Below, one piece after another: positions 33,290 to 46,400 of a stretch of 64,000 nucleotides of DNA; the first letter of the stretch is position 1, and each line of letters begins with the position of its first letter. Source of the DNA: Neoechinorhynchus agilis. Taxonomy: Eukaryota; Animalia; Acanthocephala. The DNA lies in contig CM121343.1 in assembly GCA_051530055.1 (NCBI GenBank), positions 2,016,389 to 2,080,388 of the forward strand, read 5' to 3'. The notes under the pieces were generated by a model. The model did not search any database. It was not told the DNA's origin and was given only the letters and a program-made list of their open reading frames with translations. The position numbers were made by a program, and so were the translations under genes.

Positions 33290-36200
33290 AAAAAGATAAT
33301 AAATCGACCGAATCCCCGATGAAAAACGTTAACGCGGTGGGAAAAATAATCCTATCGAGAAACTCTAATAAGCAATCAGGATCGGGATTTTTTCTACCAC
33401 GGAAAATAAATCGACCGAATCCCCAAAAACGAAACACTTTAATGAGAAGAGAAAAGGATCCCTTCGAGAAACCCAAATAAACTAAGAGGATCGGACTTTT
33501 TCACCCAAAGATAGTAAAACGAAAACCCAAAAAAAAAAACCACCAAAAAGCCGAATCCCAAAACGAAACCTTAATGAGAAAAATCTTCGAAAACCCAAAT
33601 AAATAAGAGGATCGGACTTTTTCACCCAAAGATAGCCGAATCCCCAAAAACGAAACCCTTTAATGAGAAGAGAAAAAGATCCCTTCGAGAAACCCAAATA
33701 AAATAAGAGGATCGGACTTTTTCACCCAAAGATAGCCGAATCCCCAAAAACGAAACACTTTAATGAGAAGAGAAAAAGATCCCTTCGAGAAACCCAAATA
33801 AAATAAGAGGATCGGACTTTTTCACCCAAAGATAGCCGAATCCCCAAAAACGAAACACTTTAATGAGAAGAGAAAAAGACATCTTCGAGAAACCCAAATA
33901 AACTAAGAGGATCGGACTTTTTCACCCAAAGATAGCCGAATCCCCAAAAACGAAACCCTTTAATGAGAAGAGAAAAAGATCCCTTCGAGAAACCCAAATA
34001 AACTAAGAGGATCGGACTTTTTCACCCAAAGATAGCCGAATCCCAAAAACGAAACCCTTTAATGAGAAGAGAAAAAGATCCCTTCGAGAAACCCAAATAA
34101 ACTAAGAGGATCGGACTTTTTCACCCAAAGATAGCCGAATCCCCAAAAACGAAACCCTTTAATGAGAAGAGAAAGGATCCCTTCGAGAAACCCAAATAAA
34201 CTAAGAGGATCGGACTTTTTCACCCAAAGATAGCCGAATCCCCAAAAACGAAACACTTTAATGAGAAGAGAAAAAGATCCCTTCGAGAAACCCAAATAAA
34301 ATAAGAGGATCGGACTTTTTCACCCAAAGATAGCCGAATCCCCAAAAGCGAAACCCTTTAATGAGAAGAGAAAAGGATCCCTTCGAGAAACCCAAATAAA
34401 CTAAGAGGATCGGACTTTTTTCACCCAAAGATAGCCGAATCCCCAAAAACGAAACCCTTTAATGAGAAGAGAAAAAGATCCCTTCGAGAAACCCAAATAA
34501 ACTAAGAGGATCGGACTTTTTTCACCCAAAGATAGTAAATCGACCGAATCCCCAAAAGCGAAACCCTTTAATGAGAAGAGAAAAGGATCCCTTCGAGAAA
34601 CCCAAATAAACTAAGAGGATCGGACTTTTTTCACCCAAAGATAGCCGAATCCCCAAAAACGAAACCCTTTAATGAGAAGAGAAAAAGATCCCTTCGAGAA
34701 ACCCAAATAAAATAAGAGGATCGGACTTTTTTCACCCAAAGATAGCCGAATCCCCAAAAACGAAACCCTTTAATGAGAAGAGAAAAAGATCCCTTCGAGA
34801 AACCCAAATAAACTAAGAGGATCGGACTTTTTCACCCAAAGATAGCCGAATCCCCAAAAACGAAACCCTTTAATGAGAAGAGAAAAAGATCCCTTCGAGA
34901 AACCCAAATAAACTAAGAGGATCGGACTTTTTTCACCCAAAGATAGCCGAATCCCCAAAAACGAAACACTTTAATGAGAAGAGAAAAAGATCCCTTCGAG
35001 AAACCCAAATAAACTAAGAGGATCGGACTTTTTCACCCAAAGATAGTAAATCGACCGTCCCCAAAACGAAACACTTTAATGGAGAGAAAAGATCGAAACC
35101 CAAATAAACTAAGAGGATCGGACTTTTTCACCCAAAGATAGCCGAATCCCCAAAAACGAAACCCTTTAATGAGAAGAGAAAAAGATCCCTTCGAGAAACC
35201 CAAATAAACTAAGAGGATCGGACTTTTTCACCCAAAGATAGCCGAATCCCCAAAAACGAAACACTTTAATGAGAAGAGAAAGGATCCCTTCGAGAAACCC
35301 AAATAAACTAAGAGGATCGGACTTTTTCACCCAAAGATAGCCGAATCCCCAAAAACGAAACACTTTAATGAGAAGAGAAAAAGACATCTTCGAGAAACCC
35401 AAATAAAATAAGAGGATCGGACTTTTTTCACCCAAAGATAGTAAATCGACCGAATCCCCAAAAGCGAAACCCTTTAATGAGAAGAGAAAAGGATCCCTTC
35501 GAGAAACCCAAATAAAATAAGAGGATCGGACTTTTTTCACCCAAAGATAGTAAATCGACCGAATCCCCAAAAGCGAAACCCTTTAATGAGAAGAGAAAAG
35601 GATCCCTTCGAGAAACCCAAATAAACTAAGAGGATCGGACTTTTTTCACCCAAAGATAGCCGAATCCCCAAAAGCGAAACCCTTTAATGAGAAGAGAAAA
35701 AGATCCCTTCGAGAAACCCAAATAAAATAAGAGGATCGGACTTTTTTCACCCAAAGATAGTAAATCGACCGAATCCCCAAAAGCGAAACCCTTTAATGAG
35801 AAGAGAAAAGGATCCCTTCGAGAAACCCAAATAAACTAAGAGGATCGGACTTTTTTCACCCAAAGATAGATGACCGAATCCCCAAAAGCGAAACACTTTA
35901 ATGAGAAGAGAAAAAGATCCCTTCGAGAAACCCAAATAAACTAAGAGGATCGGACTTTTTCACCCAAAGATAGCCGAATCCCCAAAAACGAAACACTTTA
36001 ATGAGAAGAGAAAAAGATCGAAACCCAAATAAATAAGAGGATCGGACTTTTTCACCCAAAGATAGTAAATCGACCGAATCCCCAAAAACGAAACACTTTA
36101 ATGAGAAGAGAAAAAGATCGAAACCCAAATAAACTAAGAGGATCGGACTTTTTCACCCAAAGATAGTAAATCGACCGAATCCCCAAAAGCGAAACCCTTT

Positions 36201-37225
36201 AATGAGAAGAGAAAAGGATCCCTTCGAGAAACCCAAATAAACTAAGAGGATCGGACTTTTTTCACCCAAAGATAGCCGAATCCCCAAAAACGAAACCCTT
36301 TAATGAGAAGAGAAAAAGATCCCTTCGAGAAACCCAAATAAAATAAGAGGATCGGACTTTTTTCACCCAAAGATAGTAAATCGACCGAATCCCCAAAAGC
36401 GAAACCCTTTAATGAGAAGAGAAAAGGATCCCTTCGAGAAACCCAAATAAACTAAGAGGATCGGACTTTTTTCACCCAAAGATAGTAAATCGACCGAATC
36501 CCCAAAAGCGAAACCCTTTAATGAGAAGAGAAAAGGATCCCTTCGAGAAACCCAAATAAACTAAGAGGATCGGACTTTTTCACCCAAAGATAGCCGAATC
36601 CCCAAAAACGAAACACTTTAATGAGAAGAGAAAAAGATCCCTTCGAGAAACCCAAATAAACTAAGAGGATCGGACTTTTTCACCCAAAGATAGTAAATCG
36701 ACCGAATCCCCAAAAACGAAACACTTTAATGAGAAGAGAAAAGGATCCCTTCGAGAAACCCAAATAAACTAAGAGGATCGGACTTTTTTCACCCAAAGAT
36801 AGTAAATCGACTTCAACCAAAGATAGTAAAACGACAGATTCCCCAAAAACGAAACACTTTAATGTGATGAGAAAAAGATCGAAACCCAAATAAACTAAGA
36901 GGATCGGACTTTTTTCACCCAAAGATAGTAAATCGACCGAATCCCCAAAAACGAAACACTTTAATGAGAAGAGAAAAGGATCCCTTCGAGAAACCCAAAT
37001 AAACTAAGAGGATCGGACTTTTTTCACCCAAAGATAGTAAATCGACTTCAACCAAAGATAGTAAAACGACCGATTCCCCAAAAACGAAACACTTTAATGT
37101 GATGAGAAAAAGATCGAAACCCAAATAAACTAAGAGGATCGGACTTTTTTCACCCGAAGATAGTAAATCGACCGAATCCCGATGGAGAACTTCCATGCGA
37201 TGGGAAAAATAATCCTTTCGAGAAA
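33290..37225. repeat. 100-111 bp tandem satellite (~37 monomers) with diverged terminal monomers
   Basis: Unit gatag(taaatcga)ccgaatccccaaaaacgaaac(a/c)ctttaatgagaagagaaaa(a/g)gatcccttcgagaaacccaaataaactaagaggatcggactttttcacccaaa. Confidence 0.96.
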
Positions 37226-37399
37226 CCCTCCTCTCGTCGTCTACTCTATAAACAAATTGATAAGCAGTGAACAGGACTCGGCCAAGTATTCTTCTCTTAT
37301 CGATGTCGCACTAAAAAAGTGCTTTCGGAAGCTATTCAATGCGAAATGGAAGCCCTTAAAAATGAACAGTTGGTCGAAGTCAAAAAATGCAAAGGTAAA

Positions 37400-40300
37400 A
37401 GAGGTAACGACTCAAATGGGCAGGCAAAGGTTTAAAAGGTGAATTCTAAGAAACAGACTAAAGGTTTACTGAAATCGGATAGTGAAGCGGCCACAATGGA
37501 GAATACTGCGATTGTTTCGACAATTGCTAGGCACTTGGCACCAACCTCTGTAGTACTTGATTCTAAAATTGCTGTGGAGCAGTATGATATTGCGACTGGG
37601 ATAAAAAGTAACGATAGGAAAAGCGAAAGCGATTCACCTTTAGTAACTACTAAGGAAGCTAGGGTCGAAGAAACATCTGAACGAGTAGGAACAAGAGCAA
37701 AAGGAAGAACTTCATTATACCATCCGATTCATTTCGGTCATGGTACGTCAATCCCTGCCACTCTTAATTCGACCAAAGATAGAAATCGCACCATATTTAT
37801 TTCTGAAATGCCGGAAGCCCCGGTTACAGATCCTGTCGCCGCTGATGCACGCAACCGCCACCAAACCCTTCAAATCGGTCAACGCCTTTTCCCCGACATT
37901 CACTCTACTACTCCTCCCCATTAAGAGTTATGCGCATTCCCTCCAAAAATCTCTTTAACCCGAGACCACGTCTCCTCAAAGTAACTTTCATCGCTCCATT
38001 CGTAGCCTCCCTCTTTCTTAACAGGAGATACAAACTCCTTACTTCTCAACTTTCTTTTCGTATCCAACCACATAAGAACTTATCACAAAATCTTTCCACC
38101 GGCCCTCCAAACTCAACCAAGATCTCATCTTCCCAATGTAACCCGTCACTTTTAGCAAAAACCCCCCCGAAGAATAGGCGACCTCCCAGTTTTTTTGATT
38201 ACGTGCAACTCCACCGGCGCCCGAATAACCACAAGGGTCAATCTCCCAGCCCTTCCACATTAAATACTCTCTTTTTCCCGAATCACGTAAATAATTATCA
38301 CTCAACCTCTACACAAAAATATCGTGACTGATCGACATTCATTCTCAATTCAAAACTTATTCCTAATTCTGCCAATCGCTCATCCGAACACAAATTTGCG
38401 GTTAACTCCCGGATTAGGATAATCAGTCTTTTTGGATAGACAGCTTTTTTCGCTTCCTCCCTTAATTTATCATCCATGACAAACAAAGCAACTCCACCGA
38501 TAATGTACCTAAATCCAAAATTTCCATCGGCATCTTTATATACCCCAACACTCCTTTCTAAACTAGATGAAATATCGACGTAATCATCTTTTCCAGGAGG
38601 GGTGTCTCAATTTTCATACGATAATACCTATCCTACTCTTCCATTTCTCATAGGATCTCGGCAAAACTCCGACCTAGAATGTATCACCGTCCACTTGTCA
38701 GCTCCTCTAAGAAATAGTCTTAGAGAATTAACGATTGATATCGTCTAGCGCCATCCTGCCTCTCAACCTAAGTCCTCTTTACGTAAGCCAGAATCCATGA
38801 TGGAGCTCATAAACTTCGCAAATTCACACCATTTCCACATTACAGGTGACGCCATTAAGCTATTTCTTCAATTGACTTCCCATCACATCTTGACGCTCAC
38901 CTCGACAAAGTATTCACCAATATCGACGCCTTATTATTCTCCAAGTCAAAGATCACTTCGCTTACCCGTCTGGGATAAAATGTGATCATCGCATCCACAA
39001 TTTTATAAAATTATTCAACTCTAACGTCCGCTCACCCCACTCTGACAACACAAATGACCCTTCCTTGGCCTTGTCCTCCCTAACCTTAATCATAGAAAAT
39101 TCGCTAGCTTCGGCAATTCCCAAGAAATTCATTAGGATCTCCAACCGCGACCCTTCATGGATAACCTCCATTCTGAAACTTCTACAAAGGCAAGCTTCAA
39201 AGGCCCATCGCAATAACAACCCAGACTCTCATCGTTTACAAAAAGCACTTACTAACAAAATACTTATCGCCCGCAAAAACTTCCTTTCTTCTAAAGTTCG
39301 ATCAAGTGGCAACTCAACATGGTGGCGGGCCGTCAAGGACTCTCTTGGTCTACGCCACCCGGATCCCTTCCCTAATTTGTTCTCCACTGAATTAATACAG
39401 GTTCTAGATTCCATTCATCAGAACCTCTGCCCTGACTCAATTTACAATCACTGCTCAACATCACTCTCCACACAATCTTTCACGCCCACACCTGAAACTT
39501 TTATCAACCTGGCGATACTCCCTTTAGTTTCATCACATGAAGAACTAAAGTACCTCGTGAAATTACCTAAAAATTGGTCCTCTCAATCCGAAATCTCATA
39601 CTGCGTTCTTCGCTACACCATCCCCGAACTTCTCGACCCTCTTAGATACATTATAAACCTCAGCTTTTTATATGGCATCTACCCCTCTTGCCTGAAAACT
39701 GCCAAAGTTATACTCGTTCCAAAAAAGGGCATCCTATTTCGGTCGAATCATTCCGTTCAATTTTCATTTTTAACACTTTCAAAAATCATCGAAAAATGTT
39801 TTAAATCTCGCCTTCTTTCACTTCTCCACGAAGAGTTATGGCCCCTACAATTTGGCTTCCTACTCTGATTTTCTGCAACCGATGCCCTGCTTTGCATTTA
39901 TGACACGCTCCTACGTAACCTCGACAATAATCCCTCCCATGTCACCCGTCTCGTTCAACTTGATTTATCTGAAGCTTTCGACTCAGTATACCATCCACTC
40001 CTTCTCCGGGCCTGCTCCGATTTTGGTCTCAACTTGTGGCAGATCCGCTGGCTCGAATCTTATCTTCTTAATCGCAAACAATACATTCACTGCCGTTCTA
40101 CCTCTTCAATCAGCCTATCCATCACCAAAGGCGTGCCTCAAGGTGCTGTGCTGTCACCACTTCTCTTTAATATTTTCCTAGACGACCTCAAACCTCTCTC
40201 CTCTCACTCTAAACTTTACTTATACACCGACGATCTCACCCTCATTAATCAATCACCCTCTAATCTCTCTCCCTCTCTTTAACCTCTAACGAAATCACAC

Positions 40301-41060
40301 CCATAAAAGATTTCTGCAACAATCACAACTCCATGTCAATTTCTCTAAATGCTTCGAAACAATTCTTTCATTATCCCACAACACCACATCCTACCCCGAT
40401 CTTCCAAATGACATCTCCTTCAGAATTCTGGGTCTTCAATTTTAATCAAATCTAAAATAAGACTAGCAAATTACACTTTCCCTCAAACGCAATACCTTTA
40501 AAATTTACCTACACAAACGCCTCCGCCATTTATGAATCCCTACGCTCGCTCTTTCCCAATTTTACTTCAGCTTTTTTATCCTTCTTCACCTACGACTATC
40601 CAGTCTTTTGCAACCTGTCCAAATCACAAATCCGTCGCCTTTAAATGTTTTATAGAAGATGCTCTAAAATTCTAACAGTTGATGTTTCACCGCTCACTGA
40701 ATGCCAACAAACAAAACCCCTCTCAACCCTGTCACCAAATGTTTTAACTATTTTCAGTCCACTTTTCACATGATCACAACACTCGTAATCCCAATTCCTT
40801 TCATCATCCCTCTACCTCCGCTCCTTTTTCCATGCTGCCCAATCTTCTGGGATATCGAAACCCTAAATGAATCGGAGGAATAAACCAAACTCACAAACTC
40901 TCACAAAAGCACCTGACATTCCCTTCCGACCGAACACGTAATCCACTGCAAAATCAACAACTGCGTTCAGTGAACAAATCTGAATTCAAGTGTTAATGAG
41001 GACCCAAAGGTACGTGGGTCCTATTATTTTTAATTAACAAATAAACGTGTTGTAAATCTT
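37400..41060 (+). mobile_element. Degenerate near-full-length LINE of the CR1/L2/Jockey group (ORF1, APE, RT, 3' stem-loop)
   Basis: ORF1-like KDRNRTIFISEMPE and PRLLKVTF; RT IINLSFLYGIYPSCLKTAKVILVPKK, LQFGF, GVPQGAVLSPLLFNIFLDDL and LYTDDLTL; 3' hairpin aggaccca-aaggtacg-tgggtcct at ~40999-41022. Confidence 0.85.
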
Positions 41061-41065
41061 AAAGG

Positions 41066-41385
41066 TTACTGGCAAGCCGGATCTTTATTATTCATGTTAT
41101 TACATCCCTTCCTCGGCTTTTTGGCATGAAGTTCCGCGGATCTCTTGCCTAACACAGAGTTATAAATACTGGCCGAGTTTGTACATTCCGTGGCTGTGCA
41201 CGAGTCCTGAATCTCTGTTTCAGGGGCAATGTTCGAAAGCCAGTATCGCCAATGAAGCATAATCACAGGGGACCAAATACCGCCGAAACGAGGAAACTCA
41301 CCGATGAGTCTCGCCTCCTCAATAATGAATCTGAGAATCCGGAGGGATGTAACCAAAAAGCCGAGGAAGGGATGCAATAACCCGA
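41066..41385 (+). mobile_element. tRNA-head/hammerhead family locus C: single degenerate copy with 5' inverted arm
   Basis: actggccgagtttgtacattccgtggctgtg..gttcgaaagcc..ggggaccaaatacc..ggaaactcaccgatgagtctcgcctcct..atctgagaatcc. catcccttcctcggctttttgg (~41101-41122) is inverted relative to ccaaaaagccgaggaagggatg (~41353-41374). Confidence 0.8.
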
Positions 41386-41409
41386 ATAAACGTGTTTTTA
41401 TTAAAAAAC

Positions 41410-41630
41410 AAACAGGATAGGGATTTCTTCTCCCACGGAAAATAAATCGACCAAATTCCCAAAAACGAAACACTTTAATGAGAAGAGAAAAGTATCCCTT
41501 CGAGAAACCCAAATAAACTAAGAGGATCGGACTTTTTTCACCCAAAGATAGTAAATCGACCAAATTCCCAATAACCAAACACTTTAATGAGAACAGAAAA
41601 GGATCCCTTGGAGAAATCCAAATAAACAAG
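41410..41630. repeat. Outlying ~2 monomers of the 100-111 bp satellite
   Basis: aaatcgaccaaattccccaaaaacgaaacactttaatgagaagagaaaagtatcccttcgagaaacccaaataaactaagaggatcgg matches the 33.3-37.2 kb array. Confidence 0.9.
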
Positions 41631-41997
41631 ATCAGGTTTTAAAAGTACTTCCAAAAACAAACATACGAAAATCCGTGTTTACAAACAGAGTGCAAAATTA
41701 ATCATCTTCACAGACTGATAATTAAAATAAATAATCAAGAGAAAATAACAAAAGATGATAGAGTTACCTCGAAGCCACAGCTTAAAAAGTTCTGCCAAAA
41801 ATAATTAAACAAAAGTTAAGATCACTTTGAGTTTATTTTTCCCTCACGTGAGATTGAGCGAGATAGTCACGGCTCATATTGACAATAAAAAGTTAATTGT
41901 TTCATAGAGATCTGACAATGATCATAATCAAGCGGTGCTTAGGAGATTGAACTATTTAAAAATTGTGGTGATCCCCCGGATCTCGGAATATTCTGAA

Positions 41998-42035
41998 TTG
42001 AGATATTTCGAAAGAAGAAGCCTCATCAGTCATTG
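41998..42035 (-). ncRNA. Penelope-type minimal hammerhead-like motif within a ~291-bp unit bounded by direct repeats (41930-42308)
   Basis: The minus strand reads caatga-CTGATGA-ggcttcttctttc-GAAA-TA-TC-tcaatt. A ~75-bp direct repeat sits at 41945 and 42236. Stem II is weak in this copy. Confidence 0.5.
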
Positions 42036-42523
42036 CTTTCAGCGAATGGCCGATGAAGCGAATCTTTTTCCCGGAACATCTCAATTCAATGTAATCACGA
42101 AGTCTCCAAATCTTTTGATTGGAAACGATTTTGTCTCTGATTGGAGCAACCACTTAGAGAATCGACTAACTTGAATTATACTGATAATCGTGAACCAAAG
42201 CGACGACATTAATGACAAGGAGCGGATCTTGGGAAGATTGAACTATTTAAAAATTGTGGTGATCCCCCGGATCTCGGAATATTCTGAATTGAGATATTTC
42301 GAAAGAATCCTTCCCTTGGATTGGAAAGCCAGTTCCAAGAAGAAAATCCCTCCCCGAAAAAAGTGACTATACGTCGAACCACGCAAACGAAGATGAAGCT
42401 GACGAAAATTCCTGCGCGCGTCCACAAAGCCACGGTGATTCTTCCGGATAAAGCGCAGGATTCCACTAGAGGACGCCTTTATTTCACTGGTTTTGCGTCC
42501 GTATTCGATCAAAGTTCTTGGAG

Positions 42524-43208
42524 ATGAACGTCTTCCGTTTGGCTGGAGATTTGTCGCATTTAATTGCAATCTTAATTTTGCTACTGAAGATATGGCGTAC
42601 ACAAAGCTGCTTGGGTGTTTCGGGGAAATCGATATGTCTTTATGCGATTGTATTTGTGAGTCGATATTTGGATCTCTTTACGCATTACGTCTCAGCGTAT
42701 AACTCATTTATGAAACTTTTCTACATATCGGCTACGTTTTTGACTCTTTATTTGATATATAAGAAATTCCGGGTGACTTACAACTGGAACAACGATACGT
42801 TCAAAATCCAATATCTGATCGTACCATGCCTTGCTCTAGCGCTTGTTATCAATAGAGCTTTCACTTTCCTTGAAATCATGTGGACTTTCTCTATTTATCT
42901 TGAATCTGTAGCCGTATTACCGCAGTTGTTCATGATCAGTAAAACCGGAGAAGCCGAATCAATCACTACTCATTACCTATTCGCATTAGGAATATACAGA
43001 GCGTTTTATATCATGAATTGGGCGTATCGATATTTTTTTGAACGATATCTCGACTTGATTGCGATCGTTGCAGGTTGCTTACAAACTGTCCTCTATTGCG
43101 ATTTCTTCTATCTATATGTTACCAAAGGTATCCCAGTGAAAATACTTCCTGAAAAATCATCTCTTCCATTTAGTCATCAAAGGCAAGAGACTGTCATTGC
43201 CGGCATAA
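42524..43208 (+). CDS. KDELR: ER lumen protein-retaining (KDEL) receptor; exons 42524-43127 and 43174-43208
   Basis: [65 protein letters not shown]. Removing a 46-nt GT..AG intron restores the canonical C-terminus [11 protein letters not shown]. Confidence 0.97.
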
Positions 43209-43434
43209 TGTAAGGAACGAATACCTGCAATTTCTCGACCTATAAGAAACTTGTGTTATGAATGTGCTGGCCGGTAAGGGAAAACTATTCTCGGAAACTT
43301 AAATCTGTTTAAGAAATCTTGGTGCTTTCCTTGACAATCTTTTAAATCTTCAAGTCTAGTCAAATCAACGGTTTATTCGACCAGCCGGTTACTAGAACCA
43401 AAACCATCGCTTCCTACTGTGGTCTGAATAACCG

Positions 43435-46400
43435 GATTTGACTGTAATTTTAAAAGCCAAGTGCTGAAATCGTAAATCTGGAGCGATTTAGCCCAAAGCA
43501 AAATTGGCTGAGTTTGTTGTACATTTCGTAGTTGTCTCGAGGTGGTCTAGTTGATTTGAGTCCGAATTCCATGTTCAAAGGGTTCAGAATCCACGAATTT
43601 GACTGTAATTTTAAAGGGCAAGTGCTGAAATCGTAAATCTGGAGCGATTTAGCCCAAGGCGAAATTGGCTGAGTTTGGGTACATTTCGTAGTTGTCTCGA
43701 GGTGGTCTAGTTGATTTGAGCCCGAATCCCAGGTTCAAGGGTTCAGAATCCATGGATTTGACTTAATTTAAAAGCAAGTGCTGAAATCGCAAATCTGAGC
43801 GATTGCCCAAAGCAAAATTGGCTGAGTTTGTAGTACATTTCGTAGTTGTCTCGAGGTGGTCTAGTTGATTTGAGCCCGAATCCCAGGTTCAAAGGGTTCA
43901 GAATCCATGGATTTGACTGTAATTTTAAAAGCCAAGTGCTGAAATCGCAAATCTGGAGCGATTTAGCCCAAAGCAAAATTGGCTGAGTTTGTTGTACATT
44001 TCGTAGTTGTCTCGAGGTGGTCTAGTTGATTTGAGCCCGAATCCCAGGTTCAAAGGGTTCAGAATCCATGGATTTGACTGTAATTTTAAAGGGCAAGTGC
44101 TGAAATCGCAAATCTGGAGCGATTTAGCCCAAAGCAAAATTGGCTGAGTTTGTTGTACATTTCGTAGTTGTGTCGAGGTGGTCTAGTTGATTTGAGCCCG
44201 AATCCCAGGTTCAAAGGGTTCAGAATCCATGGATTTGACTGTAATTTTAAAAGGCAAGTGCTGAAATCGCAAATCTGGAGCGATTTTGCCCAAAGCAAAA
44301 TTGGCTGAGTTTGTTGTACATTCGTAGTTGTGTCGAGGTGGTCTAGTTGATTTGAGCCCGAATCCCAGGTTCAAAGGGTTCAGAATCCATGGATTTGACT
44401 GTAATTTTAAAAGGCAAGTGCTGAAATCGCAAATCTGGAGCGATTTAGCCCAAAGCAAAATTGGCTGAGTTTGTTGTACATTTCGTAGTTGTCTCGAGGT
44501 GGTCTAGTTGATTTGAGCCCGAATCCCAGGTTCAAAGGGTTCAGAATCCATGGATTTGACTGTAATTTTAAAAGCCAAGTGCTGAAATCGCAAATCTGGA
44601 GCGATTTAGCCCAAAGCAAAATTGGCTGAGTTTGTTGTACATTTCGTAGTTGTGTCGAGGTGGTCTAGTTGATTTGAGCCCGAATTCCAGGTTCAAAGGG
44701 TTCAGAATCCATGGATTTGACTGTAATTTTAAAAGCCAAGTGCTGAAATCGCAAATCTGGAGCGATTTAGCCCAAAGCAAAATTGGCTGAGTTTGTTGTA
44801 CATTCGATAGTTGTGTCGAGGTGGTCTAGTTGATTTGAGCCCGAATCCCAGGTTCAAAGGGTTCAGAATCCATGGATTTGACTGTAATTTTAAAAGGCAA
44901 GTGCTGAAATCGCAAATCTGGAGCGATTTAGCCCAAAGCAAAATTGGCTGAGTTTGTTGTACATTTCGTAGTTGTCTCGAGGTGGTCTAGTTGATTTGAG
45001 CCCGAATTCCAGGTTCAAAGGGTTCAGAATCCATGGATTTGACTGTAATTTTAAAAGGCGCTGAAATCGCAAATCTGGAGCGATTTAGCCCAAGCAAAAT
45101 TGGCTGAGTTTGTTGTACATTTCGTAGTTGTGTCGAGGTGGTCTAGTTGATTTGAGCCCGAATCCCATTCAAAGGGTTCAGAATCCATGGATTTGACTGT
45201 AATTTTAAAAGGCAAGTGCTGAAATCGCAAATCTGGAGCGATTTAGCCCAAAGCAAAATTGGCTGAGTTTGTTGTACATTTCGTAGTTGTCTCGAGGTGG
45301 TCTAGTTGATTTGAGCCCGAATCCCAGGTTCAAAGGGTTCAGAATCCATGGATTTGACTGTAATTTTAAAAGGCAAGTGCTGAAATCGCAAATCTGGAGC
45401 GATTTAGCCCAAAGCAAAATTGGCTGAGTTTGTTGTACATTTCGTAGTTGTCTCGAGGTGGTCTAGTTGATTTGAGCCCGAATTCCATGTTCAAAGGGTT
45501 CAGAATCCATGGATTTGACTGTAATTTTAAAGGGCAAGTGCTGAAATCGTAAATCTGGAGCGATTTTGCCCAAAGCAAAATTGGCTGAGTTTGTTGTACA
45601 TTTCGTAGTTGTGTCGAGGTGGTCTAGTTGATTTGAGCCCGAATCCCAGGTTCAAAGGGTTCAGAATCCATGGATTTGACTGTAATTTTAAAAGGCAAGT
45701 GCTGAAATCGTAAATCTGGAGCGATTTAGCCCAAAGCAAAATTGGCTGAGTTTGTTGTACATTCGATAGTTGTGTCGAGGTGGTCTAGTTGATTTGAGCC
45801 CGAATCCCAGGTTCAAAGGGTTCAGAATCCATGGATTTGACTGTAATTTTAAAAGGCAAGTGCTGAAATCGCAAATCTGGAGCGATTTAGCCCAAAGCAA
45901 AATTGGCTGAGTTTGTTGTACATTTCGTAGTTGTCTCGAGGTGGTCTAGTTGATTTGAGCCCGAATTCCATGTTCAAAGGGTTCAGAATCCATGGATTTG
46001 ACTGTAATTTTAAAGGGCAAGTGCTGAAATCGTAAATCTGGAGCGATTTAGCCCAAAGCAAAATTGGCTGAGTTTGTTGTACATTTCGTAGTTGTCTCGA
46101 GGTGGTCTAGTTGATTTGAGCCCGAATCCCAGGTTCAAAGGGTTCAGAATCCATGGATTTGACTGTAATTTTAAAAGCCAAGTGCTGAAATCGCAAATCT
46201 GGAGCGATTTAGCCCAAAGCAAAATTGGCTGAGTTTGTTGTACATTCCGTAGTTGTGTCGAGGTGGTCTAGTTGATTTGAGCCCGAATCCCAGGTTCAAA
46301 GGGTTCAGAATCCATGGATTTGACTGTAATTTTAAAAGGCAAGTGCTGAAATCGTAAATCTGGAGCGATTTTGCCCAAAGCAAAATTGGCTGAGTTTGTT

